From Candidatus Marinacidobacterales bacterium (GTDB lineage: Bacteria; Acidobacteriota; Vicinamibacteria; Marinacidobacterales; DATDRI01): a DNA stretch of 64,000 bases. The notes beneath the pieces are model-generated. The model did not search any database. It was not told the origin of the DNA and was given only the letters and a program-made list of their open reading frames with translations. Within the stretch, counting starts at the first letter, position 1, and every line of letters starts with the position of its first letter. The DNA lies in NCBI GenBank assembly GCA_965226495.1, contig OZ245365.1, positions 4,992,001-5,056,000 on the forward strand. Reading direction: 5' to 3'. Shown one piece after another: positions 17,242-26,170 of the stretch. A program made the translations under genes and the position numbers.

Positions 17242-18648
17242 ATGAGCCTGCCGGCCCTTCTATGGGTTCCGCTCGCGACGATCGTTTTCGACATTCCGCT
17301 TCTCGGCTCCCCACTCACGCCTCCCATACTAGATGAGCTTAGAGAACTGGAGGGTATTGCCACTCTCCGGGCGGACGGCCCCGCTCTCCGCTTGGAAATC
17401 GAGCCGCGGAGCGTGGTGCGGCTTTCGGCGCTCTCGGAAACGATTCGCCGGCATACTTTGAAGACCGAGATCGACTACGACGGGATCCCTCTCGGCGGGC
17501 ATACCATCTTCGAAATGGACGCCGGTCAATGCTTCAATTGCAGTGAGGGACCACTTAAGCAGCGACTATCACGCAAGGATTGGATCGACCGGTGGTCGGT
17601 CGTCGACTACGCGGCCAAGGGTCGATTGCGCTTTCGCATCACGCCCCGGGGTGAAGCGCGGCTCGCCGCGTTGGGAAGGCTCCCCTTCGAGGACATCCTT
17701 TTCACCGATCGTTACGACACCACCGAGCGAGCGAATCTCGACTGGCCAACGGGATCGGTCCAATGGCGCGAGAGCGAAGAGGAAGCGAGGTGGGAATCGA
17801 GCAGACCCCTAAAGCCCCTCCTCATCTTCCCAACCGCGGGCACGTGAGAGGGCGGCCTCTTTGTGAGAACGGGTCCGTTCTCCGAACCCTCGGTGGTCAC
17901 GTTGATCAACCGATACTTTGTCCCCGTGCACGTGGACAACCAAGCCTGGTCGGAGCCGCGCTATGGGATCAAGCCTGGGGAGGAGAACGCATACATTCTT
18001 CTAGAGACGCCGCCCGGCCAAAGTGAACTGCCGGACGTCGTCTTTCTCAAGACACTGAGCCAAGTCCTTGAGCCCGAGAACACGCGTGCCGCGCTCCTTT
18101 CGTTCTTGGAAAAACACCCCGAGTTCCACCGACCGTGGCCGGAGCTCGAGAAGCTCAGTGGAGACTCGGATCCGTCCTCCCGCACAAGGCACGCGGAGCT
18201 TCTTTTGGAAGAGGGTAAGGCCGAGCAAGCGCTCGAGCTATTGAGGGCACCAGGTTTACCCGAGCGGGCGGTTCTAGTTCGTGCACGCGCCTATCGTTAC
18301 TTGCAGCGCGTTGAGGAGGCCGCGGCCGAGCTCAACCGTGCACCGAAAACACTCGAGATGTCGCTCGAAGAGATTCGACTCGCCTACGATCGGGGGCAGC
18401 GCAGCGAGGCGGCGGAAGCTCTCGACGAGCTCTTGTCCCAACATGGGGGAAATCTGAAAGTGGCAGAAGCCTACTACCTTCGCGGGTGGCTCTATCACCT
18501 CGAAGGTGACGACGAACGGGCCATCGAAGTGTGGTCCGACGGGATCGAACGGCACCCCCCGAAGTCTTCGCTTTTCAGCCAAAAGGCCTACCTCACACTC
18601 ATCCGGGCAAACTGGGAGCTCCCGGACACCGTCGATCAGCCACGCTAG
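17242..18648 (+). CDS. Putative selenoprotein: CxxC domain + thioredoxin fold (Sec at TGA 17845) + TPR
   Basis: The two listed ORFs are in the same frame, separated by a single TGA at the Trx active-site position. A hairpin lies downstream. Confidence 0.75.
17848..17891 (+). promoter_or_regulatory. Bacterial SECIS-like hairpin
   Basis: Stem GAGAACG/CGTTCTC (17865-17882) with GGTC loop 24 nt after UGA; lower GAGGG/CCCTC pairing. Confidence 0.65.
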
Positions 18649-18827
18649 AAAAGTTTAACGTGGGTTTTTCCCCGCGTTTTATGAGTGTTGTGGATCACCT
18701 TGTCTCACCCCTGTTTTGCGCTAGACTTCCTTCGTTCGCGCCAACTCTGGTACTCGTCTCGCGACTCGGGGCTTCCCGAGCGCCAGAGATAAAGCAACGA
18801 AGTCCCTGGGCCAGTTTAGAGGAGACT

Positions 18828-19646
18828 ATGAGAACTACATTCACATGGATAACAACGACGCTAGGGGTATTTCTCCTGGCGGTGACGCTGATCCCAGCTT
18901 GCGGCCAGGGTGATGGAGATGCACTCCCCACGAGCTCCTCGGCTATGTCTTCGGACGGCTCGCTGGCGTTAGCGAGCCCGGTCAGTCAGAGAGATGATGA
19001 TAGCGAAGACGGTGACAGCAACGATGAAGACAGTAGCGACGACGGCGATAGCCTCGACGACGACAGCAGCGACAACGACAGCAATGGCGAAGACAGCAAC
19101 GACGATAGCGAAAGCCTGGATGATGATAGCGGCGACGGCGACGCCGGCCTCGCTGGCGGCGATCTCGAAGACAATGGAACTCGCGTCCGCGATGTCCTTC
19201 TCGCGGTCGATGCTTGTCCAACCTCTTTCACGGTTAGCGGAACGCTGGTCAACGCGACTGCGGAGACGCGATTCGACTGCGAGCCTGGCTGCGATGGTCT
19301 TTTCGAGCGACTGAGTTCTGACCAGTTCTGCCCGTTTGTCGTGCCGGGACTTCCCATTAGGGCTCGCGGCACGAATGATACCGGTACCATCAACGCTTCC
19401 CGAGTTCGAATCGATGACGAGATCAAGGTAACCGGCACTATCGCCGTCGGTAGTGCCGCGTTAGCACCTGGCACGCCGTTCACACTATCGGTTCTGGGCT
19501 TGGGCGATCTGCAATTCGTCGTGGCTCCGGGTGCCTTAATCGACACCTTTGCCGCAGGAAGCACCGTTCGTGTGGAGGGCGTCGTCCCACCTCTGACCGC
19601 CGGGGGCGGATTGCCAACTTTCGGCGCCACCGAGATACAAAACTAG
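18828..19646 (+). CDS. Lipoprotein with Asp/Ser-rich tract and DUF5666-like beta domains
   Basis: RBS GAGGAG; lipobox-like IPAC; ~50 aa acidic tract. Confidence 0.7.
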   Translation: MRTTFTWITTTLGVFLLAVTLIPACGQGDGDALPTSSSAMSSDGSLALASPVSQRDDDSEDGDSNDEDSSDDGDSLDDDSSDNDSNGEDSNDDSESLDDDSGDGDAGLAGGDLEDNGTRVRDVLLAVDACPTSFTVSGTLVNATAETRFDCEPGCDGLFERLSSDQFCPFVVPGLPIRARGTNDTGTINASRVRIDDEIKVTGTIAVGSAALAPGTPFTLSVLGLGDLQFVVAPGALIDTFAAGSTVRVEGVVPPLTAGGGLPTFGATEIQN

Positions 19647-19667
19647 CCTTCCTCGGCTCAAAGTAGT

Positions 19668-19705
19668 AGGAGTTGGGGAGGCGGACCATCGCTTCCCCAA
19701 CTCTT
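19668..19705 (+). terminator. Strong hairpin, possible intrinsic terminator
   Basis: AGGAGTTGGGGAGGCG / CGCTTCCCCAACTCTT followed by pyrimidines. Confidence 0.5.
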
Positions 19706-19764
19706 CTTCATTTCTGGACAACCCCGACCACACACCGTATAAGTTTTTGCGGAGGTGTGAACCC

Positions 19765-20538
19765 ATGAACAAAGCAAGCCCGATCGCGTTCGATCGCTTG
19801 GAAACCGGTGCCTATTGGCGCGTCGTCCTGGATCGTCCCGAGGGCAACATTCTGGATGGCGAGATGATCGAGGCACTGGAGACGGTCTTTCGGAACGCAG
19901 GTAAAGACAAAGACCTCAAGGTACTCTGCATCGAAGGGCGCGGAAGCCACTTCTCTTTCGGATCCAGCATTCAGGAGCATCTGCCCGAGCACGCCGAGAA
20001 CATGATTCGCGGCTTCCATGGAATGCTCGAAACCATGTTCGACGGCTCCTTTATCGTCCTCGCCGCCGTGCGGGGGCAGTGTCTAGGAGGGGGGCTGGAG
20101 TTGGTCAGCTGCTGCCATCGCGTCTTCGCTTCACGCAACGCGCGGTTGGGGCAACCCGAAATCCTGCTCGGCGTCTTCCCACCAGTGGCCTCGGTTATTC
20201 TTCCCGAGCGAGTGGGTCGGGCGAACGCGGAAGAGCTGTGTTTGTCTGGAAGGAGTGTCACCGCCGAGGAAGGACTCTCGATGGGCCTAGTAGATGTCGT
20301 CGCCGATGATCCGAGTGACGCGGCTTTGGCCTATGCCAAGGAACACTTGCTCCCCCGCTCGGCGTCGAGCCTACGACACACCGTTCGCGCGACCCGAAAC
20401 GGCCTGCGGGAGCGCTTCCTTGCCGAGCTCAGCGAGGTCGAGCGGATCTACCTCAACGAGCTGATGAAAACGCACGATGCGGTGGAAGGATTAGAAGCCT
20501 TTATCGAAAAACGTCCTCCGCGGTGGAAAAACGCCTGA
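19765..20538 (+). CDS. Enoyl-CoA hydratase family (Dch-like)
   Basis: HFSFGSSIQEH, GQCLGGGLEL, GQPEILLGVFPP. Confidence 0.8.
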   Translation: MNKASPIAFDRLETGAYWRVVLDRPEGNILDGEMIEALETVFRNAGKDKDLKVLCIEGRGSHFSFGSSIQEHLPEHAENMIRGFHGMLETMFDGSFIVLAAVRGQCLGGGLELVSCCHRVFASRNARLGQPEILLGVFPPVASVILPERVGRANAEELCLSGRSVTAEEGLSMGLVDVVADDPSDAALAYAKEHLLPRSASSLRHTVRATRNGLRERFLAELSEVERIYLNELMKTHDAVEGLEAFIEKRPPRWKNA

Positions 20539-20551
20539 GCATCGAAGACGA

Positions 20552-21916
20552 TTACTTGTAAACAACGCCTCCCTTGATGACCCGCGATACGCGATACTGA
20601 AGCAGAGAAATATCGTCGAGAGGGTTACCGTCCACAACAATGATATCGGCGAGCTTGCCAACGGCGATCGTTCCTAAGTGATCGTCGACGCCCTGCATCT
20701 GGGCGGGCCGCAACGTGGCCGATTGGATGGCTTGCATGGGCGAGAGACCGGCGTCGACTAAGTGAGCGATCTCTCGCAGCACAGAAGCGTGGTAGTTGAG
20801 AGGCGAGCCGGCGTCGGTGCCGGCAACGATTTGTTCCACGCCTCCCGCTTCGATGAAACGCCGCACCTTCTGCCGCACCACCTCCATCCGCGTCGTCGCA
20901 CCGATACCCCAGGGAATGCTTTGGGGCGACTGCCACGTTTCCCGCAGGTACGCATAGATGTCGGGCGCAAATTGGCTACGGAAGCGAGGATGATCTAGGG
21001 CTTCCGGGAAACGGAGCGCTCGCGCGTAGGCTTCCCGCATTTCCAAACTGGGAGCAACATAAGGTCCGCGAAGGATGTTCGCCGAAGGGCCGAGAGCCAC
21101 CGGCTTTTCACCGCGCACCAAGAGACGGAGCTCGCCATCGCTGTAGCCTGAGAGAGCGTCGGCTGTGAAGACCGCGTGTAGGCGATCGACGCCGGCCTGG
21201 ATCCCCGTTTCCCAGGCTGTTACCTGTCGCACTCCCAGATCGATTCCGAGTCCGGCGCTATGGGCAACTTCCGTGAGAGCTTGCAAAAGCTCCAAGTCCC
21301 AAGCACCATCGGACCAGATCTGATCCGCCTTCATACGAACCAGCTCTTCAACGATGCGTTCGGCGTCCGCGCGCGAGCCCACTACGAAGCGGCCCTCGTC
21401 TTCTTTGCCGGTTGCCTGCTTGACGGTTGGTCCAGCAAGGAAGAGCCGGGGTCCCTTCTTTTCACCCGCCTCGATGGCTTCCCGAAGCTCTCCCTGCTCC
21501 TCGAGGGGGCCACCCAGGTCACGAAAGGTGGTCACTCCGGCGAGCAAGTTGATCTCCGCAACCGTCGTCATCACTTCCATCACGCGATCGGGAAACCTGG
21601 AGAAGAAGCGTGTCGGAGGCGCACCGGCCCCGAAGAGCCGGAGGTGTCCGTGCGACTCCCAGATGCCAGGCATCACCGTCATCCCATTGGCATCGATCAC
21701 CTTGGCTCCGGTGGGGATGGTGAGCTCACCCTCTCGCCCCACGGCGACAATCGTATCGTCCTTGACGAGAACGACCGCGTTCTCGAGCGGTCGACCTCCA
21801 AACCCATCGATGAGTAGCCCTCCGGTTACCGCAAGGTCAGCTTCTTGGGCCTGTAATGCGGCTGGGTTGGCGGTGAGTCCTGTGACAATTATGAATACGG
21901 CGATTCTCTTAAGCAT
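20552..21916 (-). CDS. Secreted amidohydrolase family protein
   Basis: Signal peptide; MPGIWESHGH, AGTDAG, GKLADIIVVDGNP. Confidence 0.88.
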   Translation of the reverse strand: MLKRIAVFIIVTGLTANPAALQAQEADLAVTGGLLIDGFGGRPLENAVVLVKDDTIVAVGREGELTIPTGAKVIDANGMTVMPGIWESHGHLRLFGAGAPPTRFFSRFPDRVMEVMTTVAEINLLAGVTTFRDLGGPLEEQGELREAIEAGEKKGPRLFLAGPTVKQATGKEDEGRFVVGSRADAERIVEELVRMKADQIWSDGAWDLELLQALTEVAHSAGLGIDLGVRQVTAWETGIQAGVDRLHAVFTADALSGYSDGELRLLVRGEKPVALGPSANILRGPYVAPSLEMREAYARALRFPEALDHPRFRSQFAPDIYAYLRETWQSPQSIPWGIGATTRMEVVRQKVRRFIEAGGVEQIVAGTDAGSPLNYHASVLREIAHLVDAGLSPMQAIQSATLRPAQMQGVDDHLGTIAVGKLADIIVVDGNPLDDISLLQYRVSRVIKGGVVYK

Positions 21917-21931
21917 TTGGTTTCTCCATCA

Positions 21932-22024
21932 CTTAGTGCGCGCGGGACCCCACAACAACGCGCGATTTTCCTCGGGCATCTATCGGCGCTCGCGGGGACC
22001 CCACCCCCGCTCGAGCTCAGGGCT
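21932..22024 (-). repeat. GTGGGG-loop hairpin repeat, copy A
   Basis: Minus strand GCGGGG-GTGGGGT-CCCCGC (21992-22010) plus tail GTGGGGTCCCGCGCGCACTAA shared with copy C. Confidence 0.7.
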
Positions 22025-22045
22025 GTAGCTCGGTTGAGAATTTCA

Positions 22046-25000
22046 CTAGGGCGTCTCGGACACTACGACGGCCGGGATACCGTGCTCTTCGAAGAGCGCG
22101 TTGAAGCGAGCCAAATCCTGTTCTAGAAGCACCGTCATCTCTCTCTGAAGCGCCTCCCACTGAACCTGGAGCTCATCGAAACGCTTCTTCGCGCTCTCCG
22201 TGGGCGGGGCGTCGGCGCTGACCACCGCACCTTTCACGAAAAGGAACTGCTCGTTCAGCATGGTCGGGAAATTGACCGCGTCCATGATGGTCTCGAGCCT
22301 TGGCTGCATGAGTTTCGTCTCCAGCTCCATGAGCTTTGCAGACAGCGTCTCGCCGGCTTCGGTTATTTCGCTTTCCCCCGCGAGTCCCTCGGCCGAGGAG
22401 ACACGCGCCTCCACCTGCTCACGTAGTTGCTGAAGCACGATAACCGACCTATGGACTCCGTTGATCGATTCACGGATTCGGCCAAGAAACACCGCCTGTT
22501 CTCGAAGCTCGGCATCCGTCGCTTTGACTCGGGGATCTTTGAGGACTCGGAACGTCTCGGTCAGCGATTCATCGCCCACCTTCAATCGAACCTCATAGTC
22601 CCCCGGCGGGACGCGGTAACCGGGGACGGTTCCGAAGAAATCCGCGGCGAGGAACGTGCCGGGAACGCGAACGATAACCTCGTGCCTCAGATCCCAAACG
22701 AGACGATTCATACCCGGCGCCGTCGGAGTCGCCGCAAACGTTCGAATGACCGCCCCGCTGGAGTCTGCGAACTCGGTTCGAATCGGTTCTGCCGGCACTT
22801 CCGACAAATAGAAATAAACGATAGCCCCAGCCGGAGCATTCTCGCCCTCCCCAGGTCGCGTCCTCGCGCTTCCCTGGGTGCGATAGCTGTCTCGCGGGCG
22901 GAATAAAAAAACTTCCGTGTCCCGAGTGACGGAACTCATCTGTTGCAGCGGTGAGAGATCATCGAGAATCCAAAAGCCGCGCCCGTCGGTCGACGCCACG
23001 AGGTCGTTGTGGCGAACGACCAGATCGGTGACCGGCACTGAGGGGAGATTGAGCTTGAGGCTTTGCCAAAGAGCACCGTCGTTGAACGAAACGTAAACAC
23101 CGCTTTGGGTTCCCGCGTACAAAAGTCCTTTTCGCCCCGGATCCTCCCGAACCACACGCACCGAGTCATTACTGGGAAGACCTCGGGCGATGGGGAGCCA
23201 AGTCTCTCCGTAATCGCTGGTCTTATAGACGTAGGGTTCGAAGTCGTTGGTAACGAACCCCGTCGCCACAATGTAGGCAGTCCCCGGGTCGTGTGGCGAT
23301 ACATCGATGGCGTTGATCCTCGTTTCGCCGATCCCCGGCGGGGTGACGTCTTCCCAACTTTCCCCTCCGTTGCGTGTGATCTGAGCGAGTCCTCCATCCG
23401 TGCCCACCCAAAGGGTGCCGGCTTCGTGAGGAGATTCCACCAAGTAAGTGATGGTGTTGTAGTACTCGCCTCCCGCGGCCTCTCCCATGATGGGACCGCC
23501 ACCGGCACCGTGTTTGGCTTCTTCGTTCCTGGTCAAATCGGGACTGATCTCTTCCCAGCTCGCTCCGCCATCCGTCGACCTTAGGACCAGCTGGGCCGCG
23601 TGATAGATCGTCTTGTAATCGTGCGGAGACGCAACGATGGGCGCGTTCCAATTGAAACGGTAGCGCAGGTCCTTGGTATCCAAACCGAGCCCCTGCACCG
23701 GAATCGCCATGATGTTTCTGGCTTGCCCGCTGCGACGGTCGTACTCGGTGATCTGATTCATGTTCGCGCCCGCGTAAATGAGCGTCGGATCGTCCGGATC
23801 GAACGCCACGAAGCCGCTTTCACCTCCCCCCACCGTGTGCCAATCTTGCCTCGCGATCCCGGTACCTGAAGTCCGGCTCGGGACCGCCGCACACCCGGTG
23901 GTGTCCTGCTGGCAGCCATAGACCCAGTAGGGGAACCGATTGTCGGTGGTGACGCGATAGAACTGGGCCGTCGGTTGATTGTCTTGAGGTCCCCAGGTTC
24001 GCCCCCCATTGAAAGTAACGTTGGCGCCTCCGTCGTTGCCGTTGATCATCCAGTCGTTGTGTTGCGGGTGAATCCAAAGATCGTGATTGTCACTATGCGG
24101 CGTGGGTACGTTCTCGAAACTCTTGCCGCCGTCGGTGGAACGGAGCATCTGCATGTTGAGGACATAAACCGTATCGGGGTCCACCGGATCGGCGTAGACG
24201 CGCATGAAGTACCAGGAGCGGGCAAAGAGGACGCGTTCGGAATTGACGCGATGCCATGTCGCACCCGCGTCGTCCGAGCGATAGAGTCCTCCCTCGTCGG
24301 CTTCGACGATCGCCCATACTCTTTCCGGATCGGCGGGCGAGACGGCGACGCCTATCTTCCCCAGCGTACCTTCGGGCAAGCCTTCGGTTAACTCTTCCCA
24401 GGTCTCACCCCCATCCGATGTTTTGTAGACTCCGCTCCCGGGCCCACCACTCGTAATCTTCCAGGGCTGCCTTTGATACTCCCACATAGCCGCGTAGAGG
24501 ATTCGCGGATTAGTGGGGTCCATACTGAGATCCACCGCTCCCGTCTTATCGTCGACGAAAAGAATCCGCTGCCAGCTCTTCCCGCCGTCCTCGGATCGAT
24601 AGACACCCCGTTCCTCGCTGGGTCCCCAGGGACTTCCTTGAGAAGCGGCATAGACCACGTCGGCGTTCTTGGGGTGAACGCGAATTCTCGGAATGCGGCG
24701 ACTGGAAGGTAGGCCTCGGTGCTCCCACGTTTTCCCGCCGTCGGTGGATTTGTAAACGCCGTCCCCATCGGACGAGGTCTGGCCCCGCGGCGGCCCCTCC
24801 CCCATCCCTACGTAGATGACGTTGGGATCGGACTCAGCCACGGCAATCGCCCCGACCGAGCCCGTCGCGAAATGGCCGTCTGAAATGACGTTCCATGTGA
24901 CGCCGGCATCATCGGTTTTCCAGAGGCCCCCGCCCGCAGCGCCCGAAAAGAAGGAATGGATCTGGCCGGGGACACCCGTGACCGCCGTGACCCTTCCACC

Positions 25001-25123
25001 TCGAAACGGCCCGATGTGACGCCACCTCATCGCCTGCTCGAGATTGGGATCGACTCGCTGCCCGTAGGCGACATTCCCACACAACGTCAGAACTGAGATG
25101 AGCGTACCGATCAATCTCCTCAT
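22046..25123 (-). CDS. VPS10/BNR-repeat beta-propeller glycosyl hydrolase-like protein
   Basis: WRHIGPFRGGR; repeated S/TxDGGxxW Asp-boxes; signal peptide. Confidence 0.9.
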   Translation of the reverse strand: MRRLIGTLISVLTLCGNVAYGQRVDPNLEQAMRWRHIGPFRGGRVTAVTGVPGQIHSFFSGAAGGGLWKTDDAGVTWNVISDGHFATGSVGAIAVAESDPNVIYVGMGEGPPRGQTSSDGDGVYKSTDGGKTWEHRGLPSSRRIPRIRVHPKNADVVYAASQGSPWGPSEERGVYRSEDGGKSWQRILFVDDKTGAVDLSMDPTNPRILYAAMWEYQRQPWKITSGGPGSGVYKTSDGGETWEELTEGLPEGTLGKIGVAVSPADPERVWAIVEADEGGLYRSDDAGATWHRVNSERVLFARSWYFMRVYADPVDPDTVYVLNMQMLRSTDGGKSFENVPTPHSDNHDLWIHPQHNDWMINGNDGGANVTFNGGRTWGPQDNQPTAQFYRVTTDNRFPYWVYGCQQDTTGCAAVPSRTSGTGIARQDWHTVGGGESGFVAFDPDDPTLIYAGANMNQITEYDRRSGQARNIMAIPVQGLGLDTKDLRYRFNWNAPIVASPHDYKTIYHAAQLVLRSTDGGASWEEISPDLTRNEEAKHGAGGGPIMGEAAGGEYYNTITYLVESPHEAGTLWVGTDGGLAQITRNGGESWEDVTPPGIGETRINAIDVSPHDPGTAYIVATGFVTNDFEPYVYKTSDYGETWLPIARGLPSNDSVRVVREDPGRKGLLYAGTQSGVYVSFNDGALWQSLKLNLPSVPVTDLVVRHNDLVASTDGRGFWILDDLSPLQQMSSVTRDTEVFLFRPRDSYRTQGSARTRPGEGENAPAGAIVYFYLSEVPAEPIRTEFADSSGAVIRTFAATPTAPGMNRLVWDLRHEVIVRVPGTFLAADFFGTVPGYRVPPGDYEVRLKVGDESLTETFRVLKDPRVKATDAELREQAVFLGRIRESINGVHRSVIVLQQLREQVEARVSSAEGLAGESEITEAGETLSAKLMELETKLMQPRLETIMDAVNFPTMLNEQFLFVKGAVVSADAPPTESAKKRFDELQVQWEALQREMTVLLEQDLARFNALFEEHGIPAVVVSETP

Positions 25124-25157
25124 ACTGTCCTCCCTGTGCCCCGCGAAGGATATCAAT

Positions 25158-25199
25158 AAGCTGGCAAACTTGTCGCTGGAAGCTGGCAAACTTGCCGCT
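25158..25199. promoter_or_regulatory. Tandem 20-bp direct repeat in a divergent promoter region
   Basis: AAGCTGGCAAACTTGTCGCT and AAGCTGGCAAACTTGCCGCT, period 22. Confidence 0.55.
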
Positions 25200-25248
25200 C
25201 GATTCGTGGTACAAACGTCTCCCTAATTTCTTGTCCTGAAAGGAGTCC

Positions 25249-26008
25249 ATGATGGCTGGTGTTCGCGTTCTTTTGGGCTGGTGAGTCGTGGTCTCGAGCA
25301 GCACCCACTTCAAAGGATGGGATTTCTTCGCCAGTACGGTGTACGAGACCGGCACTGAGTATTTGGACAAAGCACTCGTGCCGCCCGCATTCGAGTTTCA
25401 CCATATGCCCAGCCGCATAGCCGCGAAGGAGTTCCCCCTCGACACGAAGGGACTGGCGGACTATGACGTCGTGATCCTGAGCGACATCGGTGCCAACACA
25501 CTTCTTTTGCATCCCGACACCTGGGCCCGCGGCAAGGCAACGCCTAACCGCTTGCAACTCCTCGCGGAATGGGTGAACGAGGGGGGGCGGACTGGCGATG
25601 GCAGGTGGCTATTTCTCCTTCGCGGGAATCTACGGCGCGGCGAAATACTACAGGACTCCGATCGAAGAGATCTTGCCCGTCAGCATCCACTGCTTCGACG
25701 ATCGCCTCGAGACCCCGGAAGGTACTTCTCCCAAAGTCGTCGACTCGTCTCACCCAATTGTCGAGAACATGCCCGAGCCATGGCCACACCTTCTCGGATT
25801 CAACGAGCTCGTACTCAAGAAGGAAGCGACCCTTGTCGCGAAGGCGGGAGAACATCCCTTGCTCGCGGTGCAACAGGTCGGAAAGGGCCGCTCGCTCGCC
25901 TGGGCATCGGATATCGGTCCGCACTGGTGTCCGGAAGCGTTCGCGAGCTGGGAAGGTTACGCGCGTTTGTGGTCGCAGTCCATGGAGTGGTTGGCCGGAC
26001 GACGGTAG
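25249..26008 (+). CDS. Glutamine amidotransferase-like (DUF1355-type) protein, frameshifted in this sequence
   Basis: LAGESW (shifted frame), THFKG, YDVVILSDIGANT, GGYFSF, SDIGPHW. Indels near 25275, 25290 and the G-run at 25581. Confidence 0.8.
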
Positions 26009-26170
26009 GCGTACTCCTCCGAGGAAGTTAACCGCACTATTCCGATGGCCGGGATCGCCGCCACGGTGTTCCCCCCGGCCTCTTCCCTGCTATAGTATTT
26101 CTCAAGCCTTTCCATAAACGACTCCGCGAGGGGGATCTTCGGTCAGCACGAATCCATATACATCATAGTT

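Noticed and set aside
25183-25196. Sigma-54 promoter (TGGCA...TTGC)
   Set aside because: GG-to-GC spacing is too short for a -24/-12 promoter.
25282-25284. In-frame TGA in the DUF1355-like gene as a second selenocysteine
   Set aside because: The neighbouring frame reads the conserved LAGESW, so two compensating indels explain it. It is not a Cys position.
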